From contig JAUHWV010000001.1 of assembly GCA_030427335.1 (NCBI GenBank), positions 1 to 47,691 on the forward strand: DNA of 47,691 bases. Direction: 5' to 3'. This document shows, one piece after another, positions 40,706-47,691 of this stretch. Made by a program: the position numbers and the translations under genes. This DNA comes from Gammaproteobacteria bacterium. GTDB taxonomy: Bacteria > Pseudomonadota > Gammaproteobacteria > Pseudomonadales > Halieaceae. The notes beneath the pieces are model-generated. The model did no database searches. It was not told the origin of the DNA and saw only the letters and a list, made by a program, of their open reading frames with translations. Positions within the stretch are counted from its first letter, which is position 1, and the number at the start of each line of letters is the position of its first letter.

Positions 40706-41695
40706 ATGACAACGCCTTCAAACTATCGCCACATTACGGTAGATCCAGACACAAAAGCATTGAGCGTCGTTGAAAGTGTGCTTCCAGCACCTCGAGGCCG
40801 TGATTTGACTATCGAAATCGCGGGAGCCGGTTTGAATCGAGCCGACCTGCTCCAGCGCCAAGGGCTCTACCCTGCGCCCGCTGATGCCTCACCCATACTG
40901 GGCTTGGAGGTTTCGGGGATCGTGGTTGCTAGAGGCTCGAGCGTCACACAGTATGAGATCGGAGATCGCGTTTGCGCACTGGTTCACGGAGGCGGCTATG
41001 CAAGTCATTGCAATATTCGAGAAGACCAATGCATTCGAGTTCCAGAACGAATTGATCTCGTCGATGCGGCAGGCTTACCGGAAGCCCTTCTGACCGCCTG
41101 GCTCAATGTCTTCGAGCGCGCCAGACTGCAGGCCAGTGAGACCTTGCTGATGCAAGGGGGGTCGAGCGGGATCGGCAGTATCGCCGTTCAAATGGCGCGC
41201 CTTTGGGGCGCAAAAACCATCGCCACGGCAGGCGGTTCGGAAAAATGCGAGCAGCTAGTGAATCTGGGAGTTGATCGCGCCATCGACTATCGCACTGAAG
41301 ATTTTGTTGAAGCCGTTACGGAATTCACGCAGGGTCAAGGCGCGAACGTCATTTTCGACATGGTCGGCGGCGACTATATCCAGAAACACATCCAATGTGC
41401 CGCCGTTGAGGGCAGAATCGCCAACATCGCTTACCAAAATGGGTTTGAAGCCAACATCCATTTTGGCCTTGTCCTCATAAAAAGACTCACACTATCGGCC
41501 TCGACCTTGAGGCCGCAAAGCTTTGATCATAAAGCCGCAATGCTAAGCGAAATTCAAAAAAACTTTGGCCAAGCCCTTGCTAGCGGTGATCTCGCGCCCG
41601 TAATCGATTCGTACTTCTCACTAGAAGAGGCTGCAACCGCGCAGGACTACATGGCCTCGGGTAAGCATTTCGGGAAAATTTTGCTACGGCCCTAG
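40706..41695 (+). CDS. NAD(P)H-quinone oxidoreductase, PIG3/zeta-crystallin family
   Basis: GLNRADLLQRQGLYP, LGLEVSG, GGSSGIG, HFGKILL; ATG at 40706 after GAGGG. Confidence 0.92.
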   Translation: MTTPSNYRHITVDPDTKALSVVESVLPAPRGRDLTIEIAGAGLNRADLLQRQGLYPAPADASPILGLEVSGIVVARGSSVTQYEIGDRVCALVHGGGYASHCNIREDQCIRVPERIDLVDAAGLPEALLTAWLNVFERARLQASETLLMQGGSSGIGSIAVQMARLWGAKTIATAGGSEKCEQLVNLGVDRAIDYRTEDFVEAVTEFTQGQGANVIFDMVGGDYIQKHIQCAAVEGRIANIAYQNGFEANIHFGLVLIKRLTLSASTLRPQSFDHKAAMLSEIQKNFGQALASGDLAPVIDSYFSLEEAATAQDYMASGKHFGKILLRP

Positions 41696-41735
41696 TGCAT
41701 ACGACACTGAAGAACGCCCAATCGCGAAGCCCAGA

Positions 41736-42182
41736 TCAATCGATAAAGATCGTATTTGGGCGTCGACTCATTCGGGCATAAAGCCAACCGCCGACGAGCC
41801 CAGCGAGGCCCTGCAGTAACAGACCGAGCGCTGGTCGAGCTCCGGCGACGCCCCACAAGCCAATAACGGCTTTCAGAATAAGATGCATTGCAATCAGCGC
41901 AACCAATCCGGCCAAGGGGTAAAGCCACCAGCGATGCAGAGGAAAAAACCGCGAAATCTGACCTGTCACCACAAATCCGATCAATAAGGCTACCGCAACA
42001 AGCACAAGGTAGGGCATTACCAAGCCCTGCAAATCAGCCCAAGTAGCACTGACACGAGTAGCGAAATCGACGCTCGCACCCAGATTTTGCAAGCTTCCGA
42101 GATTCACCTGAGTAATAGCAGCCGCACCGATCAAATAGGTGAGTAACACAGCGCCTAAATAGGCTTTAACATAACGCCACAT
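41736..42182 (-). CDS. Hypothetical 4-TM membrane protein
   Basis: 148 aa with four hydrophobic segments and a TQVNL..L..LG motif; fills the gap between QOR and the PQQ dehydrogenase. Confidence 0.8.
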   Translation of the reverse strand: MWRYVKAYLGAVLLTYLIGAAAITQVNLGSLQNLGASVDFATRVSATWADLQGLVMPYLVLVAVALLIGFVVTGQISRFFPLHRWWLYPLAGLVALIAMHLILKAVIGLWGVAGARPALGLLLQGLAGLVGGWLYARMSRRPNTIFID

Positions 42183-42250
42183 GAGTCTGCCACTTAGATT
42201 TAAATTGTGGGACTATAGTGACATGCTAATCCTGCGATAGGAAGACACCG

Positions 42251-43336
42251 ATGCGAATCAATCAAGTACTCATAGGTTTTACACTGACGCTGTTGCTACA
42301 AGCCACTGCCGCTCGCGGCGACTATCAGATCATACAGGTCGCAGCGGGACTCAATACGCCTTGGAGCGTCGACTTCTTCGCTAACGGCGACTATCTCGTT
42401 ACCGAGCGCCGAGGGAACCTACTCCGTGTGAAGCCCGACGGTAGCACGACCAAAATTGCAGGCGTTCCGGCAACCTACTTTGCAGGTCAAGGTGGTTTTT
42501 TTGATGCACTCATCCGTTCAGAGCGCGATGCAATTTGGGTGTATTTGTCCTACGCAAAGGGAACACCGAAAGCCAACGGCACTGCCATATACAAGGCGCG
42601 TCTCGAAGGGGATACACTGATTGAAGGAAAAGATATTTTCTGGGCGAAAACATTGAAAGATACGCCTCAGCACTACGGTGGCAAACTCGCGTTCGGACCA
42701 GACGAAACCCTATTCGTAACGACCGGTGACGGCTTTGACTATCGCGAGTCGGCGCAGGATAAACAGTCTGAGTTAGGCAAAGTCATCCGCATCAAGCTCG
42801 ATGGTAGCACGCCGCAAGACAACCCTTTCAAAGGCGAGCTGAGCGAACGCATTTGGTCGTATGGGCATCGCAATCCACAAGGACTTGCTTTTGATACCGC
42901 TACCGGCGATCTGTACCAACATGAACACGGCCCCAAAGGCGGCGACGAAATTAACTTGATTCAACGCGGCGCTAACTACGGTTGGCCCTTAGCCACTTAC
43001 GGAGTCAACTATAGCGGGGCTCTGGTATCACCGTTTACCGAATATAAAGGCACTAACCAGCCAGTGACGTACTGGGTGCCGAGCATCGCGCCCTCTGGAT
43101 TCGCTGTATATCGAGGAGACGCTTTCCCAGACTGGCAAGGTGATCTATTTGTTGGCGCCTTAGTCGATCGAGAGGTACGTAGATTGCGAATTGAAGCGGG
43201 CAAGGTAACTCAACAGGAAGCTCTATTCGGCGAGTTAACAGCGCGTATCCGAGACGTCCGTGTCAGCCCTTCTGGTCTAATCTATTTGCTCACCGACGGT
43301 CCCGAGGGGGCGCTTTATCGCGTATCGCCCAAATAG
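42251..43336 (+). CDS. PQQ-dependent aldose sugar dehydrogenase (YliI/GSDH family)
   Basis: Signal peptide; GLNTPW, HYGGKLAF, SYGHRNPQG, HEHGPKGGDEIN, NYGWP, SIAPSG, RIRDV. Confidence 0.92.
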   Translation: MRINQVLIGFTLTLLLQATAARGDYQIIQVAAGLNTPWSVDFFANGDYLVTERRGNLLRVKPDGSTTKIAGVPATYFAGQGGFFDALIRSERDAIWVYLSYAKGTPKANGTAIYKARLEGDTLIEGKDIFWAKTLKDTPQHYGGKLAFGPDETLFVTTGDGFDYRESAQDKQSELGKVIRIKLDGSTPQDNPFKGELSERIWSYGHRNPQGLAFDTATGDLYQHEHGPKGGDEINLIQRGANYGWPLATYGVNYSGALVSPFTEYKGTNQPVTYWVPSIAPSGFAVYRGDAFPDWQGDLFVGALVDREVRRLRIEAGKVTQQEALFGELTARIRDVRVSPSGLIYLLTDGPEGALYRVSPK

Positions 43337-43424
43337 ATCCGCTTTTGCTTGATTTTTTTGATCTGACGGGTACCCTGCGCGCCATATAAAGACGTGCGCC
43401 GCTATCAGATCTGGAAATTTGCAG

Positions 43425-44480
43425 ATGATTAAAATCCTGTTTAAATTCTTAGTCCTCGCCGGATTAAGTTCTACCTTCGTTCTTGAAACGCTTGCTCAAG
43501 ACCCCGTCCCTGACGAGAGTATGGACAAACTCCGCATGACGGATGGATCGGTAATCTATGGCACCATCCGCGACATCGAAGAGGGCGTCATACTTTTCCA
43601 TACCGCTTTTGCAGGCGATCTCAAGATCAAAATTAGTGAAGTGACCGAGCTGAACTCTAGTGAACCCGTCGCCGTTAAACTGAGCGATGGATCCGTACTA
43701 GAAAACGTGGTGATATCGTTAGCAGAGGATGGATCCTCCGTCAGAACACCACAAACAGAACTTGAAGCACCATTGGATTTAACAGAGATCGTCACCCTCA
43801 ATCCCGAACCCTGGGAGGTCGGCTTGGGCTACAAACATGAAGGCGCAGCGTCCCTTGCGTTAGTTCAGCAACGAGGAAATTCCGATACCGATCAACTCGA
43901 CTATCGAATCGAGGGGAAATGGACTGGAGATGACGATCGTTTCAGCGGCATGGCGGAGGGCGAACTCGATGAATCCGACGGTATTAAAAACGCAGAAAAC
44001 TGGATGTTAAGCGCAAAATACGACCGTTTTATGGGCGATACGAGTTACATTGGCCTGAATTCATCCATCAAACAGGATGAATTCGCCGACTTGGACATGC
44101 GGTTTTATCTAGGCCCCTACTTTGGCCGAGATTTTTACGATAGCAAGCGCTTCAGTTTATCGGCTGAATTAGGCTTGACTTATGTCCGGGAAAATTTCAT
44201 CCAAGCGGAAAGCCAGAGCTATCCGGGTGCCAACTGGACCTTAGATATTGGCAGCGATATTTTTGGCTCGGATACCGAATTTTACGTCAAGCACAAAGGT
44301 ATTTGGGACCTCAATAATCTAGACGAAGTCATTTTAGATACGCGTTTTGGCCTAAAAATACCGTTGATGATGAACATTCAAGCGGCCGCCGAATATAACA
44401 TCGAATACGATTCAGGTGCGGTTGATGGCGTAGACGAAATTGACCAAAGCCTCAAGGTACGCTTCGGCTATCGTTGGTAG
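43425..44480 (+). CDS. DUF481/YdiY-like outer-membrane beta-barrel with N-terminal periplasmic domain
   Basis: Signal peptide, RGNSDT, alternating beta-strands, DEFADLD.R, C-terminal FGYRW BAM signal. Confidence 0.78.
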   Translation: MIKILFKFLVLAGLSSTFVLETLAQDPVPDESMDKLRMTDGSVIYGTIRDIEEGVILFHTAFAGDLKIKISEVTELNSSEPVAVKLSDGSVLENVVISLAEDGSSVRTPQTELEAPLDLTEIVTLNPEPWEVGLGYKHEGAASLALVQQRGNSDTDQLDYRIEGKWTGDDDRFSGMAEGELDESDGIKNAENWMLSAKYDRFMGDTSYIGLNSSIKQDEFADLDMRFYLGPYFGRDFYDSKRFSLSAELGLTYVRENFIQAESQSYPGANWTLDIGSDIFGSDTEFYVKHKGIWDLNNLDEVILDTRFGLKIPLMMNIQAAAEYNIEYDSGAVDGVDEIDQSLKVRFGYRW

Positions 44481-45855
44481 ATAATTCCGCCTGCATTGAG
44501 GCGAGCTTAGCTCGGGTAAGCCGTATACCGAGAGTCGCAGCAAAAGCGAACAGCAGCGGTACGCCTGCACCAACCATGTACCACGTCGCCAAACCAGACA
44601 AAACGGGCGCAGCGACCTCGCCCGGGGGCGTGTCGCGACTTAATCCGATCCAATCTAAAACCAAGCCACCATAGGCTGGGCCCAAAACAGAAGCGACTTT
44701 AGTTGAAAAATTAAGTGCCGCAAAGAAACTCCCTTCCTGTCTCTCGCCGTGATGATAATCGTGTTCATCCGCCACATCGGCAGCAATTGATTGCGACATA
44801 ATTGCGCGCAAAAGAAAGAAATACATAAAGATCAGCATGAACAAGAGATTCAGCCATAGTACGAGGCCGGTTCCATTCTCAGGCAAGAAGCCCAGCATTC
44901 GACCCGGGTAAAGCCAAGCGCCATCTAAAATCATACAGGCCAAGGCAATCCGAACGATCTGCGCCTTTTCAAACCGCTTGAGCCACGTATTCAAACTCAA
45001 CATCACGAGGAAAATCGCGACCAAACTTGGCGCCGCAAGAATTAGGGAGATTTGTTCTGCCGAAAACTCCCAATAATAAATCCAAGCGAGCATATTCAGG
45101 CTTACAATCACTCCGTACGAGATGGTTGCGGAAATATCGTAGGCCAAAAGTGCGCGGAAGTTTCGATTCCCGAGTGTCTTCAAAAAAGAGCGGATTACGC
45201 CCCCAGTGGTGTGATAACTCGTTGCGTCAGGCGTTGAAAGACAGCAGGATAGACTCCCGCTAATCCACACTAGAATGCAGCTCATTACCCCGTAGTAGAT
45301 ATAGTTCGTCGCAACAAATCGTCCGTCAACGCCCGCTTGTTCAGAGAAAATAGTCGTCAAAGCAACCGCAGGTAAAATCACCGAGGCAAAAAATATCACC
45401 GCCATTCGAGCGCCTAATACTCTGGAGCGTTCGTTGTAATCACGAGTCAGGTCGGTTGACTGGGCTAAATGAGGAATGGAAAACAAGGTAACGGCAGTAC
45501 GCACCCAAAACGACCAAAACAGCAGCCACGCGGCTAAATAGGTTTGCTGATCAATAATGACTTGTGGTGGCGAAAATAAACCCACGAAACCCATACCCGC
45601 GGGAAACACGGCGATCATCATGAAAGGGCGCCGTCTTCCGAGAGGTGACCGCCACTTATCGGACCAAGCTCCCACGAGCGGGTCTGACACAGCATCCCAC
45701 AGCAAACTCAATGAAATGATCAGGCCAGTTAAGGCACCAGAAAGGCCCAAAACTTGAGTGAAGTAAAGCAGGACAAACATGGTATACGCGGCTTCTTTTG
45801 TGGCGTAAACCGCGCCGCCCGAGCCGTACAGTATTTTTTTTGTTATTGAAATCAT
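44452..45855 (-). CDS. GPH-family (MelB-like) MFS transporter
   Basis: WDAVSDPLVG..SD, GRRRPF, DLTRDYNERS, ADVADE...GERQEG.FF. Confidence 0.9.
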   Translation of the reverse strand: MISITKKILYGSGGAVYATKEAAYTMFVLLYFTQVLGLSGALTGLIISLSLLWDAVSDPLVGAWSDKWRSPLGRRRPFMMIAVFPAGMGFVGLFSPPQVIIDQQTYLAAWLLFWSFWVRTAVTLFSIPHLAQSTDLTRDYNERSRVLGARMAVIFFASVILPAVALTTIFSEQAGVDGRFVATNYIYYGVMSCILVWISGSLSCCLSTPDATSYHTTGGVIRSFLKTLGNRNFRALLAYDISATISYGVIVSLNMLAWIYYWEFSAEQISLILAAPSLVAIFLVMLSLNTWLKRFEKAQIVRIALACMILDGAWLYPGRMLGFLPENGTGLVLWLNLLFMLIFMYFFLLRAIMSQSIAADVADEHDYHHGERQEGSFFAALNFSTKVASVLGPAYGGLVLDWIGLSRDTPPGEVAAPVLSGLATWYMVGAGVPLLFAFAATLGIRLTRAKLASMQAELSTNDSRSVP

Positions 45856-45974
45856 TGATACCGCCACTGCCAACCAGCACCAAGACTAAGCTGTAAACCG
45901 ATCCTTGTCGACCAACAAAGACCGCAGTGTTTCTATTATAATAAAGCCTTATTTCTGCAAGGTCCGAGGTCAAA

Positions 45975-46592
45975 GTGAAAACACCGATTGTTGTGCTACT
46001 CAGTTTGCTGAGCTTATCCGCCTTTGCGGAAGTTGATCTCGACAAGGGCGTAGCAAAATATCTTGAGTGCGCCGCCTGCCACGGTGATCAGGCCCAAGGT
46101 AATGCGGAGCTCAAGGCACCGGCACTGAGCCATCTGCAGCCGGTCTACATTGTGCGGCAATTGCAAAACTTCGCCACGGGCGTGCGTACGGGTGAGCCGG
46201 GCTCCCCTGCTTGGCAAATGGCTCAGGCAGTGCAGGGCTGGACGGACATCTTCGATAAACGCAACGTTGCGGTCGCAATCGCTAAATTTAATCCACGGCA
46301 ACAGAAGCAAACGCTGGCTGGTTCAGCAGCAAATGGCCAAAAAAACTACAACAACCTCTGCGCGGGTTGCCATGGTAAGAATGCTGAAGGCAAAAATGTA
46401 CTGCACGCACCGGCTTTGGCGGGGAGTCAAGACTGGTATCTCTTAGCACAAATAAGGCATTTCCAATCGGGTTCGCGAGGCAGCCACAACGACGATCAAC
46501 TGGGAGCGCAAATGCAGGCGATGTCGAACCTGCTCGATGATTGGTCGCTACTGGATGTCATCGCCTACATCAATTCACAGCCACTGAACTAA
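45975..46592 (+). CDS. Di-haem cytochrome c4/c553
   Basis: Signal peptide; CAACH and CAGCH haem motifs, each followed by APAL and a distal Met; GAGG RBS. Confidence 0.92.
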   Translation: MKTPIVVLLSLLSLSAFAEVDLDKGVAKYLECAACHGDQAQGNAELKAPALSHLQPVYIVRQLQNFATGVRTGEPGSPAWQMAQAVQGWTDIFDKRNVAVAIAKFNPRQQKQTLAGSAANGQKNYNNLCAGCHGKNAEGKNVLHAPALAGSQDWYLLAQIRHFQSGSRGSHNDDQLGAQMQAMSNLLDDWSLLDVIAYINSQPLN

Positions 46593-46702
46593 CTCAGCGG
46601 CAACTGAATGATGTAGCGGAAGGCATTGTGACCCGGTTGCACCGTTGCGCTTAGTTGAGAGTTGGGAGCGAAGGAACTCGAACAAATCAGGAGACTACTC
46701 AT

Positions 46703-46735
46703 CGCTGAGCCGCTGAGCCGCTGAGCCGCTGAGCC
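46703..46735. repeat. Perfect tandem repeat (CGCTGAGC)x4 + C
   Basis: Read directly at 46703-46735, intergenic between convergent genes. Confidence 0.95.
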
Positions 46736-46743
46736 TGAAAATT

Positions 46744-47142
46744 TTATCGCTTCTTGAGCGTTTTTTGATAGCGTGTTTGGAGCCTATCGTGACGCTCCAG
46801 ATTTCTAAATTGATCCAACCGCGAACCCGTATCTGGATTGTCGCTCTCTCCAGCGGCTTGTGTCTTGTGGGCGCGTTGTATTGGCGGCGTCTTATCACCT
46901 TCACTGGGCTTTAGCATCCAGATCAAAATCGCGACACCGCCATAAAGCAAGACGCTTTTGGCTACCAATAGATACACGACGCTGTCGGGATGTACTTCCT
47001 GGAGAAAACCCTGCAGATCACCGAGCAGAAAATACGTTACCAATCCCAACAGCAATAGCGAGACTGACCGGTGAACTTTATTGCGATGCCTTTTCAGAAA
47101 AAATAGCAACGCGGAATATTTGGCGACGCGAAAAAGAGACAC
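46744..47142 (-). CDS. Hypothetical 2-TM membrane protein with basic termini
   Basis: 132 aa; two hydrophobic segments; starts 1 bp after the upstream gene's stop. Confidence 0.7.
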   Translation of the reverse strand: MSLFRVAKYSALLFFLKRHRNKVHRSVSLLLLGLVTYFLLGDLQGFLQEVHPDSVVYLLVAKSVLLYGGVAILIWMLKPSEGDKTPPIQRAHKTQAAGESDNPDTGSRLDQFRNLERHDRLQTRYQKTLKKR

Positions 47143-47143
47143 C

Positions 47144-47386
47144 CTATACTCCTATATTAATGCCCAACAGCAAGGCAACGATACCGAAGCCCTTCCAACC
47201 AATGCCCGACCAAATTTCTTTTTCTTTTTCAGCAATAAGGAATTCAAGATCGTCGTCCGAGTACTCAGACTCAGAACGCCCCGCATGAATCATGTCCTGC
47301 TTTACTTTGTCGATGGCGCGGTCACGCAGTTTCTGACGCAAAGCGCGCGGCAACTTGATGGAGGTAGACTGAGACTCAGCGCCCAT
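47144..47386 (-). CDS. Hypothetical ~80-aa protein with C-terminal TM anchor
   Basis: Charged helical region (RDRAIDKVKQD...DDLEFLIAEKEKEI) then a hydrophobic tail; ATG overlaps the enoyl-CoA hydratase 3' end by 11 bp. Confidence 0.72.
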   Translation of the reverse strand: MGAESQSTSIKLPRALRQKLRDRAIDKVKQDMIHAGRSESEYSDDDLEFLIAEKEKEIWSGIGWKGFGIVALLLGINIGV

Positions 47387-47690
47387 GAAACTCGGCCCGA
47401 GTCTTGTTAACAAAAGCGGCAAAACCCGCTTGACCGTCGTTAGTGACCGCGCACTCGGCGATGTAGCGCGTTTCGCGCTGCATTTGCGATTCTAATGAAT
47501 CGGTTTGAGTAAAAAGCATCAACTTTTTCACCTTGCCGTAGGCGAGGGTCGGCCCTTTTGCCAACTGTTGCGCCAATACGTCCACCTCAGCAATGAAGGC
47601 GTCCGCATCAGATACGCGCGTGAGTAGACCCCAGTCTAGCGCTTCCTCTGCCGTCAAGGTCCGATTGGTGAGATACAGCTCCGTTGCTCG
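47376..47690 (-). CDS. Enoyl-CoA hydratase/isomerase (5'-truncated by window edge)
   Basis: RATELYLTNRTLTAEEALDWGL, LAKGPTLAY, DGQAGFAAFVNK..AEF.GR crotonase C-terminus. Confidence 0.9.
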   Translation of the reverse strand, partial: RATELYLTNRTLTAEEALDWGLLTRVSDADAFIAEVDVLAQQLAKGPTLAYGKVKKLMLFTQTDSLESQMQRETRYIAECAVTNDGQAGFAAFVNKTRAEFHGR

Positions 47691-47691
47691 T

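Noticed and set aside
46663-46683. Minus-strand GTTCGAGTTCCTTCGCTCCCA resembling a tRNA T-loop/3' end (possible att remnant)
   Set aside because: The T-stem does not pair, there is no D or anticodon arm, and no integrase is nearby
46703-46735. Tandem repeat as a CRISPR array or iteron set
   Set aside because: 8-bp units with no spacers, and no cas or rep genes
46695-46904. 69-aa ORF running through the tandem repeat (possible phase variation)
   Set aside because: Overlaps the better-supported 132-aa gene in another frame; no coding evidence
1-47691. Genomic island, prophage or defence system
   Set aside because: No integrase, transposase, phage, restriction-modification or toxin-antitoxin genes recognised, and no obvious compositional break by eye

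Overview
Gene-dense (~52% GC by eye) chromosomal segment of a Gram-negative bacterium, most likely a marine gammaproteobacterium (Cellvibrionales/OM60-like; this is inference from gene content, not a database result). There are about 39 CDSs with short intergenic gaps and several overlapping stops. I found no rRNA, intact tRNA, CRISPR array, integrase or transposase. Content in order: a partial Prx5 peroxiredoxin; a DASS transporter with a paraoxonase-like beta-propeller; moaA with a CoxD/CoxE-like MoxR-VWA pair; an RND pump followed by a lone pilU; gshA, cysQ and yrfG; a mycobacterial-type HAD-PlsC/PlsB2/GpsA glycerolipid cluster; two lipoprotein peptidases; a DUF2878/chalcone-isomerase-like/lipocalin trio behind a candidate ECF11 (RpoE-ChrR) promoter; an Opp ABC transporter; a GGDEF-EAL protein; a lipid/acyl-CoA catabolic block; a PQQ sugar dehydrogenase with a divergent membrane protein; a DUF481 barrel; a GPH MFS transporter; cytochrome c4; an 8-bp tandem repeat; two small hypotheticals; and a partial enoyl-CoA hydratase. 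The best candidate for an undescribed system is the block at 32.8-41.7 kb. It is centred on an acyl-CoA dehydrogenase coupled to an LvaA-LvaB-like kinase fusion and looks like a variant phospho-acyl-CoA (4-hydroxyacid/lactone-type) pathway. Family assignments rest on motifs read from the translations and on remembered reference sequences; no searches were run.
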